DNA from: a virus
Direction: 5' to 3' (one strand)
DNA: 64,000 nucleotides
Virus record (IMG/VR): IMGVR_UViG_3300045988_090087
A program made the translations under genes and the position numbers. Shown here one piece after another: positions 32,296-41,160 of this stretch. The notes beneath the pieces are model-generated. The model worked only from the letters and a program-made list of their open reading frames with translations, did not search any database and was not told the origin of the DNA. How positions within the stretch are numbered: position 1 is the first letter of the stretch; every line of letters starts with the position of its first letter.

Positions 32296-34329
32296 ATGGA
32301 ATACTTAGATTTTAGAAATCTTGTTACAAAAGCATGTAATAAGATGATTAAAGAGAATAAACATCTCTTTATTCTTGACACTCAAAAAGAGTTTTTATGG
32401 ATGGCTTATATGGAATCTTTCCCTGAAGGAGCCGTACGTCAAGAATTTAACTGTGTAAATTGTAAACATTTCATTACTCGCTATGGAGCATTAGTCTCTG
32501 TAGATGAGAATTATAAAATACATTCTTACTGGGAGGATGTTCACGCTGAAGGAATGTTTGCTAAAGTTGTAGACAATATGTTACAAGTGCTTAAAAATAC
32601 TAAAATTAGAAATGCATTTGTTACAGAAGAGACTACAATGGGTTGTAAATGTAATCAGCAGATACTACCTTCTAAAGAAATAATTACTTGGAACCATTTT
32701 TATGCTACTCCTACAAGTAATTTAATTATGGATAAGTCTCAGACTCCAACATTCCGTGCAGGTGCTAAATCTTCACATGATGTATGGATAAGAACTTTAT
32801 CTGAAATTAACTATAATTCTGTACAAACAGTATTAGACTTAATTGCAGATGATAACCTCTATAGAGGTGACACTTATCTACGTCAAGTGAATGCTTTAAA
32901 GACTGCTCTTGATACAATAGAGAATAAGCACTTGGAAGGTTTTGAGTTAGATAATTATGCTTGGATATCTTCTTGTGTACTTCCTGATGCTGTAACACAT
33001 ATACTTAATAGTGCTATAGGTCAGCTTCTTAAAGACATAACTGATACTAACAATGTTGAAAGTTCAGTTAAGAAGTTTGAAGCTATGGTTGCTCCTTATA
33101 ATTATAAGAGACCTAAAGGTATTATCACTAAAACTCAGGTAGAAAATGCTTATAAAACTGTAGTAGAACTTGGCTATGAAGATTCTTTAGAGCGTCGTCA
33201 TGCTAAAGTAGAAGATATATCTATTGAAGATGTTATCTTTGTAAATAGAGAAACTCGTAAGAGAATGTTAGGAGGATTTGATTCTCTTATGAATGAAACT
33301 TCTAATACTAGCAAAACTGCTACAGACTTTGAGAAGACTGCGATTCCAACAACTATGGAAGAGTTCCTTAATAATATTGTTTCTAAGGCTAGTAAGCTTG
33401 AATTATTCTTTGACAATAAGTTAAATAATAATTTAGTAACTCTTACTGCCCCAGTTAATAAAGAAGCTCCTTCTATGTTTAAATGGAATAATGGGTTTGC
33501 TTGGGCATATAATGGTAATATCTCTGATGCTATTAAACAACGTGTTAAAGAAGTAGGAGGTAAGGTAGATGGCTATATGAGAATCTCTCTTCATTGGTAT
33601 AATTACGATGATTTGGATTTACATATGAATAGTCCTTATGGACACATTTATTATGGTAATAAAGTAGACCTTCTCGATGTAGATATGAATGCCTGTGGAG
33701 GTAGTGCTTTTGAAGAACGTAATAATCCTAAGAAATTCTCTCGCAATGCTGTAGAAAATATCATTTTCTCAGGAATTCCTAAAGCAGGTACTTATAAAGT
33801 ATTTGTTAACAACTTTGCTAAAGTTGAAAATATTGATTTAGGATTTGAAGTAGAAGTAGAACTTAATGGAGTTGTTCATACTTATGTGTATGATAAAGAC
33901 GTCCCTCATGAGAGCGATGTTCCAGTATTAGACTTTACTTCTAATGGATGTGAAGTTATCTTTACTAAAGAACATTTAAGTAGTACTACAGCATCTAAAG
34001 AAATTTGGGGAGTAAAGACTCAGAACTTCATTGAAGTATCTGCTATATGCTTATCTCCAAATTACTGGGGAAATAATAAGGTAGGTGCTAAGCACTATTT
34101 CTTTATGCTGAAGGATTGTAAGAATCCAGATGCTGTTCGTGGATATTTTAATGAGTATCTTAAAGACGAACTCACTAAAAATCATAAGAGAGTATTTGAA
34201 GTATTAGCATCTAAAGCTTTGACTCCTTATGATGATAATCAGATGAGTGGTTTAGGATTTATAGCTACTTCTCGTAATTCACTTATGGTTAGAGTAGATT
34301 CAGGTAAAATTTATAAAGTAAACATTTAA
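32296..34329 (+). CDS. Large hypothetical protein (677 aa)
   Basis: ORF track; N-terminal CxxC (NCVNCKHF). I do not recognise any domain with confidence. Confidence 0.7.
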   Translation: MEYLDFRNLVTKACNKMIKENKHLFILDTQKEFLWMAYMESFPEGAVRQEFNCVNCKHFITRYGALVSVDENYKIHSYWEDVHAEGMFAKVVDNMLQVLKNTKIRNAFVTEETTMGCKCNQQILPSKEIITWNHFYATPTSNLIMDKSQTPTFRAGAKSSHDVWIRTLSEINYNSVQTVLDLIADDNLYRGDTYLRQVNALKTALDTIENKHLEGFELDNYAWISSCVLPDAVTHILNSAIGQLLKDITDTNNVESSVKKFEAMVAPYNYKRPKGIITKTQVENAYKTVVELGYEDSLERRHAKVEDISIEDVIFVNRETRKRMLGGFDSLMNETSNTSKTATDFEKTAIPTTMEEFLNNIVSKASKLELFFDNKLNNNLVTLTAPVNKEAPSMFKWNNGFAWAYNGNISDAIKQRVKEVGGKVDGYMRISLHWYNYDDLDLHMNSPYGHIYYGNKVDLLDVDMNACGGSAFEERNNPKKFSRNAVENIIFSGIPKAGTYKVFVNNFAKVENIDLGFEVEVELNGVVHTYVYDKDVPHESDVPVLDFTSNGCEVIFTKEHLSSTTASKEIWGVKTQNFIEVSAICLSPNYWGNNKVGAKHYFFMLKDCKNPDAVRGYFNEYLKDELTKNHKRVFEVLASKALTPYDDNQMSGLGFIATSRNSLMVRVDSGKIYKVNI

Positions 34330-34341
34330 TAATTAACAACA

Positions 34342-34710
34342 ATGTACAAAGAAGCATTACAAAAGAAATTACGTTTTAAGACAAACAAGGGTATGATTAC
34401 TACAGAAGATTTGTTCGACTTATCTCTGCAGAATCTTAACACTTTAGCTATTATGCTGGATAAGAAAATTAGTGAGGCTCCTAAGAAGTCTTTCATTGAA
34501 GAGCTTCCAGCTGAAGAAAATGATGATGAACTTCGTTTCAGCATCGTAAAAGATGTAATTAATATTAAATTAAAGGCTCGTAAAGACAATATTAATAGAG
34601 CACAGATTGATGCTCGTAACAAACGTATTGCTGAGCTTATCGCAAAGAAAGAGGACGAAGCTCTTGAGAATAAATCTATTGAAGAGCTTCGTGCTATGAT
34701 TCAGAATTAA
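34342..34710 (+). CDS. Hypothetical charged/helical protein
   Basis: ORF track; directly follows the 677-aa gene. Confidence 0.6.
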   Translation: MYKEALQKKLRFKTNKGMITTEDLFDLSLQNLNTLAIMLDKKISEAPKKSFIEELPAEENDDELRFSIVKDVINIKLKARKDNINRAQIDARNKRIAELIAKKEDEALENKSIEELRAMIQN

Positions 34711-34875
34711 AATTTTTAAGATTTTATTTTTAGAAAAAAAATTCACAACTATAATAGCATCAGTAATAAGGAATACTTATTGAACGTTGTGAAACGTGAA
34801 TTATAGTCGTGATAATTAAAAGGAAACTCAATCTTTTGAGGGGACTCTATTTAGAGTTCCCTCTTTTGGTTTATT

Positions 34876-35097
34876 ATGACTAGCAAATTTAAATTGTATG
34901 AAAGTATTGTTTTAGACAATATCAAATTTACAGTTATTAATATTAGTGTAATTCCACAATGTGCTCAATATATAGATAATAAATTTGTCTATTTATTTGA
35001 TTTTAATTATTCTTTAAGTTATGGGGATTACAAGATAGAACTCACAGAGACAGAAATAAATAATTTAATTAAAAATAATAAAGTAAACAAAAATTAA
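34876..35097 (+). CDS. Hypothetical protein
   Basis: ORF track. Confidence 0.45.
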   Translation: MTSKFKLYESIVLDNIKFTVINISVIPQCAQYIDNKFVYLFDFNYSLSYGDYKIELTETEINNLIKNNKVNKN

Positions 35098-35268
35098 CTT
35101 TTATAATTTTTATAGTTAAATTATATTTATATCACAAACGGGTTAGGACTGTTATAGTTACGAATTTCACGATTAACCTGATTCCCAGATGTATATATCT
35201 ATAAATATACTGACTTTTTTGAAGATTTCAACATGAAATTGGAAGGGTCGTACTTACCTTAGTACACA

Positions 35269-35302
35269 GAACCGAGAATTGGGAAGTTCTCGGTTCATTT
35301 TT
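35269..35302 (+). terminator. Rho-independent terminator
   Basis: GAACCGAGAA..TTCTCGGTTC followed by ATTTTT. Confidence 0.55.
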
Positions 35303-35377
35303 AAATTTTATTAAAATTATATTTTGAATAATAAAATTTAGATTTATAATAGTCAATACGATAAAAAAGAATAAAAA

Positions 35378-35533
35378 ATGAAGAAATTACTTGTATTTAG
35401 TGTGTTATTTACACTCTTGAGTTGTTCTACTGGTTCAAATAATTCAGTAAATTCAACTTCAAATGATTCTATTAATGTTGATACTACAGTAGTTGATACT
35501 ACTGCTATTGATTCAACTGTATGTCCTGATTAA
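35378..35533 (+). CDS. Small lipoprotein (51 aa)
   Basis: MKKLLVFSVLFTLLS-C (lipobox), then a Ser/Asn/Thr-rich tail; hairpin GTCCTGA-TTAA-TCAGGAC at its end. Confidence 0.5.
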   Translation: MKKLLVFSVLFTLLSCSTGSNNSVNSTSNDSINVDTTVVDTTAIDSTVCPD

Positions 35534-35544
35534 TCAGGACTTTC

Positions 35545-35625
35545 GTCTAGATAGCCAAGTGGTCAACGGCAGCAAGCTGTTAACTTGCCCCGAAAGGTTC
35601 CTAGGTTCGAATCCTAGTCTAGGCG
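35545..35625 (+). tRNA. tRNA, anticodon GTT (Asn by anticodon) on an extended-variable-arm body
   Basis: Acceptor GTCTAGA/TCTAGGC; D GCC-AAGTGGTCAAC-GGC; GCAAG-CTGTTAA-CTTGC; 12-nt variable region; T arm CTAGG-TTCGAAT-CCTAG; discriminator G. Confidence 0.6.
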
Positions 35626-35636
35626 CAAAGACACAT

Positions 35637-35713
35637 GGAGTATTAAGCCCTGTTGGTAAGGGAACTAGACTGTCACTCTAGTAAAACTAAGGGTTCGAGT
35701 CCCTTATATTCCG
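35637..35713 (+). tRNA. tRNA-Asp (GTC)
   Basis: Acceptor GGAGTAT/ATATTCC; CTAGA-CTGTCAC-TCTAG; T arm AAGGG-TTCGAGT-CCCTT. Confidence 0.7.
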
Positions 35714-35858
35714 CAAATAATGGAGAGGACCTAGCATTTAACTAGGCGGTTGTTAGAGGTAGCGGTGGCGATCCACGAGTATGCCTGATAGCTCAATGTA
35801 TTATTAGAATATGGTCACGATAGTTCGCCCGTCTAATGCCATATTCGCCTTTATTTAA

Positions 35859-35931
35859 GCTTCAATAGCACAATTGATAGTGCAGCACTCTTGTAAAGTG
35901 CAGGTTATTGGTTTGAGTCCAATTAGAAGCT
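35859..35931 (+). tRNA. tRNA-Thr (TGT)
   Basis: D GCAC-AATTGATA-GTGC; GCACT-CTTGTAA-AGTGC; T arm ATTGG-TTTGAGT-CCAAT. Confidence 0.75.
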
Positions 35932-35943
35932 CTTTATTTATAT

Positions 35944-36016
35944 TTGAGGTGAGTGAAACGGCTTACACGTCTGTCTCATAAGCAGAAAACAGTGGGTTCA
36001 ACTCCCACACCTCGAA
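35944..36016 (+). tRNA. tRNA with CAT anticodon (Met or Ile2)
   Basis: TCTGT-CTCATAA-GCAGA; T arm GTGGG-TTCAACT-CCCAC; acceptor TTGAGGT/ACCTCGA. Confidence 0.65.
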
Positions 36017-36020
36017 CTAA

Positions 36021-36053
36021 ACGGTTATTGGTCTGAGTCCAATACCTACAACT
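36021..36053 (+). pseudogene. tRNA 3'-half fragment (duplicate of the tRNA-Thr T arm)
   Basis: ACGGTTATTGGTCTGAGTCCAATACC resembles AGGTTATTGGTTTGAGTCCAATTAG of 35859..35931. There is no 5' half. Confidence 0.45.
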
Positions 36054-36072
36054 AATTAATAAAATAAATAAT

Positions 36073-36549
36073 ATGAAAAAAACTTTTAATTATCAATCTG
36101 ACGCAAACTTTTATGATAAAAAGGATTTTATTATAGCTGTTTTAAAAAGCAAAATAAATAGGTTTAAAGAGTATGATGCTGAAAGAAAAAAGCATTATGC
36201 TGGATTAGAACAAAAAATCGGAGAATTAGAATCCTATATAGATGAATTAGAAAATGGACTTGGTATAGAATCTTTAAATAATAAGATTCAGTCTTTAGAA
36301 AATGAGATTGAGAAACAGAATCTTAAAATTAGAGAGTTAAGAGCTAAAGTTAATATATCTTTATTTGATAATACTAAGTCTTTTAGAGAATTAGAATCTA
36401 TGGCAAATAATTTGAAAGACTTTAATAGCATGAAATTAGCTATTAAAGGTCTCAAAAAACAGCTTAGAGATAATAAAAAAACTATATCTGATTTAGTATA
36501 TGAATTAACACAAGCTAAACTTAAAATAAAACAATTAACTGGAGAGTAA
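36073..36549 (+). CDS. Coiled-coil protein
   Basis: Heptad-like E/L/K-rich sequence throughout. Confidence 0.6.
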   Translation: MKKTFNYQSDANFYDKKDFIIAVLKSKINRFKEYDAERKKHYAGLEQKIGELESYIDELENGLGIESLNNKIQSLENEIEKQNLKIRELRAKVNISLFDNTKSFRELESMANNLKDFNSMKLAIKGLKKQLRDNKKTISDLVYELTQAKLKIKQLTGE

Positions 36550-36559
36550 TCTCCAATTT

Positions 36560-36633
36560 GGGGCGTCGGCTCAAGTGGTCAGCACCTGCTTTGCACGCAG
36601 ACATTCTTAGGAGTTCGAATCTCCTACGCTCCA
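36560..36633 (+). tRNA. tRNA-Ala (TGC)
   Basis: GGGGCGT/ACGCTCC with G3-U70; loop TTTGCAC; T arm AGGAG-TTCGAAT-CTCCT. Confidence 0.75.
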
Positions 36634-36648
36634 CTAAAAAATATAAGT

Positions 36649-37392
36649 ATGAACATTAAAGAACTTACAAATAAAGAATTAATAAAATTATATAAGGAGC
36701 ATAAATGTTCTTTATAGGCTATAGAAAAAGATTTAGGATTAACTAAAAATTAGGCAGGAAGATTATTCAGAGCAAGAAATATTGATTATAAAAGTTTGAA
36801 AAATCAATATTTAATAGATTTAGAAATGGATTATTATAACCATCCAAATGTTTGTAAATATTGTGGAAATCCTTTACCTTACAAATATAAGGGAAGTTTT
36901 TGTAATCAATCTTGTGCGGCTTCCTATAATAACATTTAGAGAAGGACTTCAGAACATAAAAATAAAGGACCCCAAAAAAATTATCATTGTTTAAACTGTG
37001 GTAAAGAACTCAAATATGTTTCTGGAAATTATATGAAATATTGTTCTGCAAAATGTCAGACTGAATATCAACATAAAGAGTATATTAAACGATGGAAAAA
37101 TGGTGAAGAGACAGGTGTTACTGGTAAAACTGATATATCTACCCATATACGTAAATATTTAAAAGAAAAATTTAATAATTCTTGCCAAAAATGTGGGTGG
37201 AATTAGATAAATTATTTCACAGGTTTAGTACCATTACAAATCCATCATATTGATGGAGATTGTTTAAATAATAAAGAAAAAAATCTTTAGTTACTATGTC
37301 CTAATTGTCACGCTTTAACCGAGAATTATGGCAGTAGAAACAAAAATTCAAAGAGAACTTCTAGAAGAATACATTATGAAAATAACTATTGA
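36649..37392 (+). CDS. Free-standing HNH homing endonuclease with five in-frame TAG codons
   Basis: A 247-codon frame whose only interruptions are TAGs at 36715, 36751, 36937, 37204 and 37288. Paralog of 1088..1906: CQKCGW..LQIHHIDGDCLNNKEKNL-TAG-LLCPNCHA. Confidence 0.65.
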
Positions 37393-37714
37393 TACAGACA
37401 ATTTAGAAACATTAAAGTATAAAACTGAAGATGTTCCTATTTTAATGAAGACTTTCCAACAATTAATAAATAAATTAATGTATGAAGTAATAGGGAATTA
37501 TTATTCTGTAGACAATGTTCCTGAAGATACTCCAAAATGGGTAAAAGAAGAACTACTTAATGTAGGAAAAATCTGTTATATGGATGGGCATATGAATAAA
37601 GAATATGTCTTTAAAGGTATTCAAGAAACATTTGAGGATTATTATTATATATTAGAAGATAATAATAAAAAAATTTCTTATTCTTCATGCGTTGGAAAGA
37701 TATCTTATAAATAA
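37376..37714 (+). CDS. Hypothetical protein
   Basis: ORF track 37328..37714. The internal ATG at 37376 avoids a long overlap with the HNH gene. Confidence 0.55.
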   Translation: MKITIDTDNLETLKYKTEDVPILMKTFQQLINKLMYEVIGNYYSVDNVPEDTPKWVKEELLNVGKICYMDGHMNKEYVFKGIQETFEDYYYILEDNNKKISYSSCVGKISYK

Positions 37715-37716
37715 AT

Positions 37717-37794
37717 GCAAGATTAGTGTAGCTGAAGGCGCATATCTGGCTTCCAACCAGAAGGCTTGCGTGGGTTTGATTCCCACATCTTGCA
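37717..37794 (+). tRNA. tRNA-Gly (TCC)
   Basis: Acceptor GCAAGAT/ATCTTGC; TCTGG-CTTCCAA-CCAGA; T arm GTGGG-TTTGATT-CCCAC. Confidence 0.7.
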
Positions 37795-38049
37795 CTATGA
37801 TAAAGCTCTAGAATACTAGTTACAGGAGCAACGTAACTTATAGGGTGCCTCTCAACGATGCATACTCGCCTATTAGGTGTCGTAGAACCTACGAACTGGA
37901 ATGATTCGATGGTTTTTTGCATTCCTATAGAATCCTAAATAATAAAAATAGAGACCATGTCTCTAACAGGGGTGATTTACCTGGGATTCTTAATTTTTTA
38001 AACTCTCCTCCTAGATATTTTATAAGTTAAACTTTAAATTTGATTTATT

Positions 38050-38148
38050 ATGATGAAAATTTTAAAAAGAACTTTAAAAGCATTTAAGAAGGGTTGGACT
38101 TGGTATGCTAATCAGTATTGTAGATTATACATGCCTCCAATTATTTAA
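38050..38148 (+). CDS. Tiny basic ORF (32 aa)
   Basis: Hand-translated; terminator hairpins follow (38196-38222). Confidence 0.25.
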   Translation: MMKILKRTLKAFKKGWTWYANQYCRLYMPPII

Positions 38149-38253
38149 TCTTATTATTTAATTTGTAAGTACCAAAGGGGTACTTACTGATGTTGAGTCG
38201 GGCAATAAGCTCGACTTTTTTTGTTTGTATACATTTTAAAAATTTTATATATT

Positions 38254-38622
38254 ATGGGAATAATTAACACAATTAAAACAACATTAAATGGTATTAATGG
38301 TGCTACTTGGATTAACAATGTTAAAATAGAAGGAGCACAATCTATTAGTATTAATAATGGCAAAGTTTATGTAAATGGAAATTTAAGAGAAGATCTTAAA
38401 AGTCCATCTATAGAAGTGAAAATAGAGGGTAATGTAACTAGTGTACGTACTGATAGTGGGAATGTCTCAATTACAGGGGATGTTTCAACTGTTAATACAG
38501 CTAGTGGTGATGTATCCTGTAAAGACGTTAAAGGTGGGGTATTAACAATGAGTGGCGATGTTACTTGTGGTAATGTTGGCGGAAATGTTAGTACTATGAG
38601 TGGTGATATATGCCATAACTAA
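38254..38622 (+). CDS. Beta-helix-like repeat protein (SGDV/GNV repeats)
   Basis: Repeats: SGNVSITGDVSTVNTASGDVSCKDVKGGVLTMSGDVTCGNVGGNVSTMSGDI. Confidence 0.55.
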   Translation: MGIINTIKTTLNGINGATWINNVKIEGAQSISINNGKVYVNGNLREDLKSPSIEVKIEGNVTSVRTDSGNVSITGDVSTVNTASGDVSCKDVKGGVLTMSGDVTCGNVGGNVSTMSGDICHN

Positions 38623-38636
38623 AAAGATTATTTATA

Positions 38637-39020
38637 ATGAGAAGATTTAAATTTATATTAATATTATTATGTTTCTTATGCGCTAAAAGTGTTGCTCAAA
38701 CTGTAACTCATGTAACTCTTACTTGTTATCAACCAGTAAAGAGTCAGTGTGATAATAAACCATTAGTTACAGCTGATGGTTCTAAAATTAATTTACATCA
38801 TTTAAAACATAATAAAATCAAGTGGTGTGCTATATCTCGTGATTTACTTTATTTATTTCCAAAGAATAAACCTAAAAAAGTGTTTATAGAAGGATTTGGA
38901 ATATATGAAGTTAGGGATGTCATGAATAAAAGACATAAACATCGTATTGATATATTAATACACCCCAAAAATTCTAAACGAATCAGTATCAAACATGTAA
39001 AAGTTAAAATTCTTAAATAA
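38637..39020 (+). CDS. Secreted 3D-domain (RlpA/MltA-like) protein
   Basis: A signal peptide, then LTCYQPVKSQCDNKPLVTADGSKI...WCAISRDL...GFGIYEVRDVM...RIDILI. Confidence 0.55.
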   Translation: MRRFKFILILLCFLCAKSVAQTVTHVTLTCYQPVKSQCDNKPLVTADGSKINLHHLKHNKIKWCAISRDLLYLFPKNKPKKVFIEGFGIYEVRDVMNKRHKHRIDILIHPKNSKRISIKHVKVKILK

Positions 39021-39448
39021 TGTGTTTATATTTGCGATATAAAGAAGAATGTGTAGCTACTTCTAACATATATGTATGGAAAGCTCTAATAAATTATGGT
39101 AGGTTAGGTTATTATTCACCAATATTTAATTATAGATATAATATAGGAGAAACTTATACATCATACTTAGACAGAAATAAGAATAGTGTATCTGTAGATA
39201 TAGGACTACATTCTTTTGGATATAATATAAAGATAGTAAGTCCTTATGCTGGAAGATATGAATGTCGTGGAGATACACATAATAGTTTTGATATTGATGA
39301 ATCTATTGATACTATAGGTTTATTTATAATTCCTGAAGGAAGTCACTATTATACTGATGGATATTTCTACGCAAGTGATACTTTAAAATTATTAAGAACT
39401 CTTCCAAAAAATAAATTTTTTAATTATATGATGAACAGACGACATTAA
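39020..39448 (+). CDS. 'MC' family paralog 5 (distant locus)
   Basis: MCLYL...IYVWK...GLHSF...FIIPEGSHYY. Confidence 0.6.
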   Translation: MCLYLRYKEECVATSNIYVWKALINYGRLGYYSPIFNYRYNIGETYTSYLDRNKNSVSVDIGLHSFGYNIKIVSPYAGRYECRGDTHNSFDIDESIDTIGLFIIPEGSHYYTDGYFYASDTLKLLRTLPKNKFFNYMMNRRH

Positions 39449-39550
39449 AAGAAATTGTAGAAGCCTTTGATGGCAAAAAGAAAGGGACTAGTAAGTTTAT
39501 CTTATTAGTCCCTATTTTTGTATTAGCATTACTAATATTTATTAATTTAA

Positions 39551-39751
39551 ATGGTTAAGTATAAAAAGTGTGGGGCATTACGAATTAGAATAGATGGTAA
39601 TAAATGTATTGTAGTAAATCTTAGATTACCTTCTATTACTAGTCGTAGTACTTCATATTTAGGGTTTTTAAGAGAAACTATTTTAGATAGTAATAAGCAA
39701 GAGTTTAATAATGCTGTAGAAACGATCTGTACTAGGATTAAATCTTTATAG
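39551..39751 (+). CDS. Hypothetical protein
   Basis: ORF track; TAG stop. Confidence 0.5.
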   Translation: MVKYKKCGALRIRIDGNKCIVVNLRLPSITSRSTSYLGFLRETILDSNKQEFNNAVETICTRIKSL

Positions 39752-39817
39752 TATTATATTATTTTACTTATCATAACGCAGATGATTATTAGTAGAAAAT
39801 TATTAATATGATTAAAT

Positions 39818-40000
39818 GTGTTTATTGATTTAACATTAGACAGCAATAGTATTAATAGAAGATATTTAATAGCCGTAGATGATATTTCCGTAGTAGAAGA
39901 AGCTGGAGAAAGCTCTTATGTAATGTTAAAGAGTGGTGACTATCTTTCTGTGAAGGAATCTATTGATTATATAAAGTCTTTATTAAATGTTGTCAAATGA
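39818..40000 (+). CDS. Hypothetical protein (GTG start)
   Basis: ORF track. Confidence 0.45.
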   Translation: MFIDLTLDSNSINRRYLIAVDDISVVEEAGESSYVMLKSGDYLSVKESIDYIKSLLNVVK

Positions 40001-40214
40001 AAAAGTAAATGTAAATTTAGGATGTGGAGGATGGGTTATTCCAGTAACTTTTATTATTTTATTAGTTGCTAAAGTTATTCTACATTCAGATATTTCATGG
40101 TTAGTTGTTTTTAGCCCATTCTTAATAGGAATAGGACTCATAATTATACTCTGTATCATATTGCTAATTTTATATTGTATACCTGATGGAAGATCTAACA
40201 GACATTATAGATGA
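39987..40214 (+). CDS. Small membrane protein
   Basis: Two TM segments. Confidence 0.55.
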   Translation: MLSNEKVNVNLGCGGWVIPVTFIILLVAKVILHSDISWLVVFSPFLIGIGLIIILCIILLILYCIPDGRSNRHYR

Positions 40215-40281
40215 CCTAGATGATTATTGGAATGATCTAGAAGCAGACTATTGGAATTCCTTAGAAAAAGAAGGATTATGA
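40186..40281 (+). CDS. Tiny acidic ORF (31 aa)
   Basis: Hand-translated: MEDLTDIIDDLDDYWNDLEADYWNSLEKEGL. Its stop overlaps the next ATG (ATGA). Confidence 0.3.
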   Translation: MEDLTDIIDDLDDYWNDLEADYWNSLEKEGL

Positions 40282-40436
40282 ATTCAGATACTCTTGTAAT
40301 AAAAGTAAATAAAGCTTGGAAAACATTAATTGCAGAGTCTCCTATATATCTATTAATGTTTAATAGAGAGTTAGGAAAGTGTAAAGACTTTTTTATTCTA
40401 GGATATTATACAGCAATTAGGGATTCTCACTTATGA
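40278..40436 (+). CDS. Hypothetical protein
   Basis: ORF track 40251..40436; the first ATG is at 40278. Confidence 0.45.
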   Translation: MNSDTLVIKVNKAWKTLIAESPIYLLMFNRELGKCKDFFILGYYTAIRDSHL

Positions 40437-40660
40437 ATTATCAAAAAGCTAGTCAAGTATCTCTATTAGTAGAATTAATTAAATCTTCTGAAATAATGTC
40501 TAAAGAATATTCTGAAGCACATATACCAGAAGATTTAATTTCTAATATAAAGATATTGTGTATGAAAGATAATAGTTTTAGAAGAAGTTTCTATAGTATA
40601 ATGCAGAAACTTGGAAAGAAATATTCAGATATTTATATAAATAAATTATCAGCATTATGA
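40433..40660 (+). CDS. Hypothetical protein
   Basis: ORF track; ATGA overlap. Confidence 0.55.
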   Translation: MNYQKASQVSLLVELIKSSEIMSKEYSEAHIPEDLISNIKILCMKDNSFRRSFYSIMQKLGKKYSDIYINKLSAL

Positions 40661-41160
40661 ACTTAGTTTGGTTAAAGTTAATAAAACGAATTTTAACTCA
40701 TAAGTATTATGTTGCTAAATATTGCTTTCAAATAGGATTATATTGGCAAGGTATTACTCATGATTTATCTAAATTTAGTTTTATAGAATTTTCAAGAGCT
40801 ATTAAGTATTGGGATGATAAAATGAGCTCTTTAGCGAATGAGTGCAGAATATTAGGATATAGTCAAACATTCCTTCACCATAGAGGAAGAAATCCTCATC
40901 ATTATGAATATTGGATACATTCCTTAGATAATGGAGGAATTCCTGCTAAAATGCCTAAAAAATATGTTCTAGAACTTATATGTGATTATTTAGCAGCAGC
41001 TAAAACATATGGAGCTGACCCTAGAAGAGAATATACATGGTGGCTTAAACAACAACCTCATATGAAAATCCACAAAAAAACTAAGAGTTATATAACTGAA
41101 GTGTTTTATAAATATAGTATAGGTTTAACATTAAAAGAATCAATTAATGGAAATTATTAA
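40657..41160 (+). CDS. Hypothetical His-rich protein (HHRGRNPHHYEYW motif)
   Basis: ORF track; immediately upstream of the NAD cluster. Confidence 0.6.
   Translation: MNLVWLKLIKRILTHKYYVAKYCFQIGLYWQGITHDLSKFSFIEFSRAIKYWDDKMSSLANECRILGYSQTFLHHRGRNPHHYEYWIHSLDNGGIPAKMPKKYVLELICDYLAAAKTYGADPRREYTWWLKQQPHMKIHKKTKSYITEVFYKYSIGLTLKESINGNY

Noticed and set aside
36021-36053. tRNA 3'-half fragment as a prophage attachment-site remnant
   Set aside because: The window contains no integrase, excisionase or host-like flanking genes. A local duplication within the tRNA cluster is the simpler explanation.
36649-37392. Reading the five-stop HNH gene as a decaying pseudogene
   Set aside because: All five interruptions are TAG, with no TAA or TGA and no frameshift over 247 codons in an AT-rich genome, and the catalytic motifs are intact. 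Other genes show the same TAG-only pattern, and a candidate CUA tRNA is present. The pseudogene reading remains the formal alternative.
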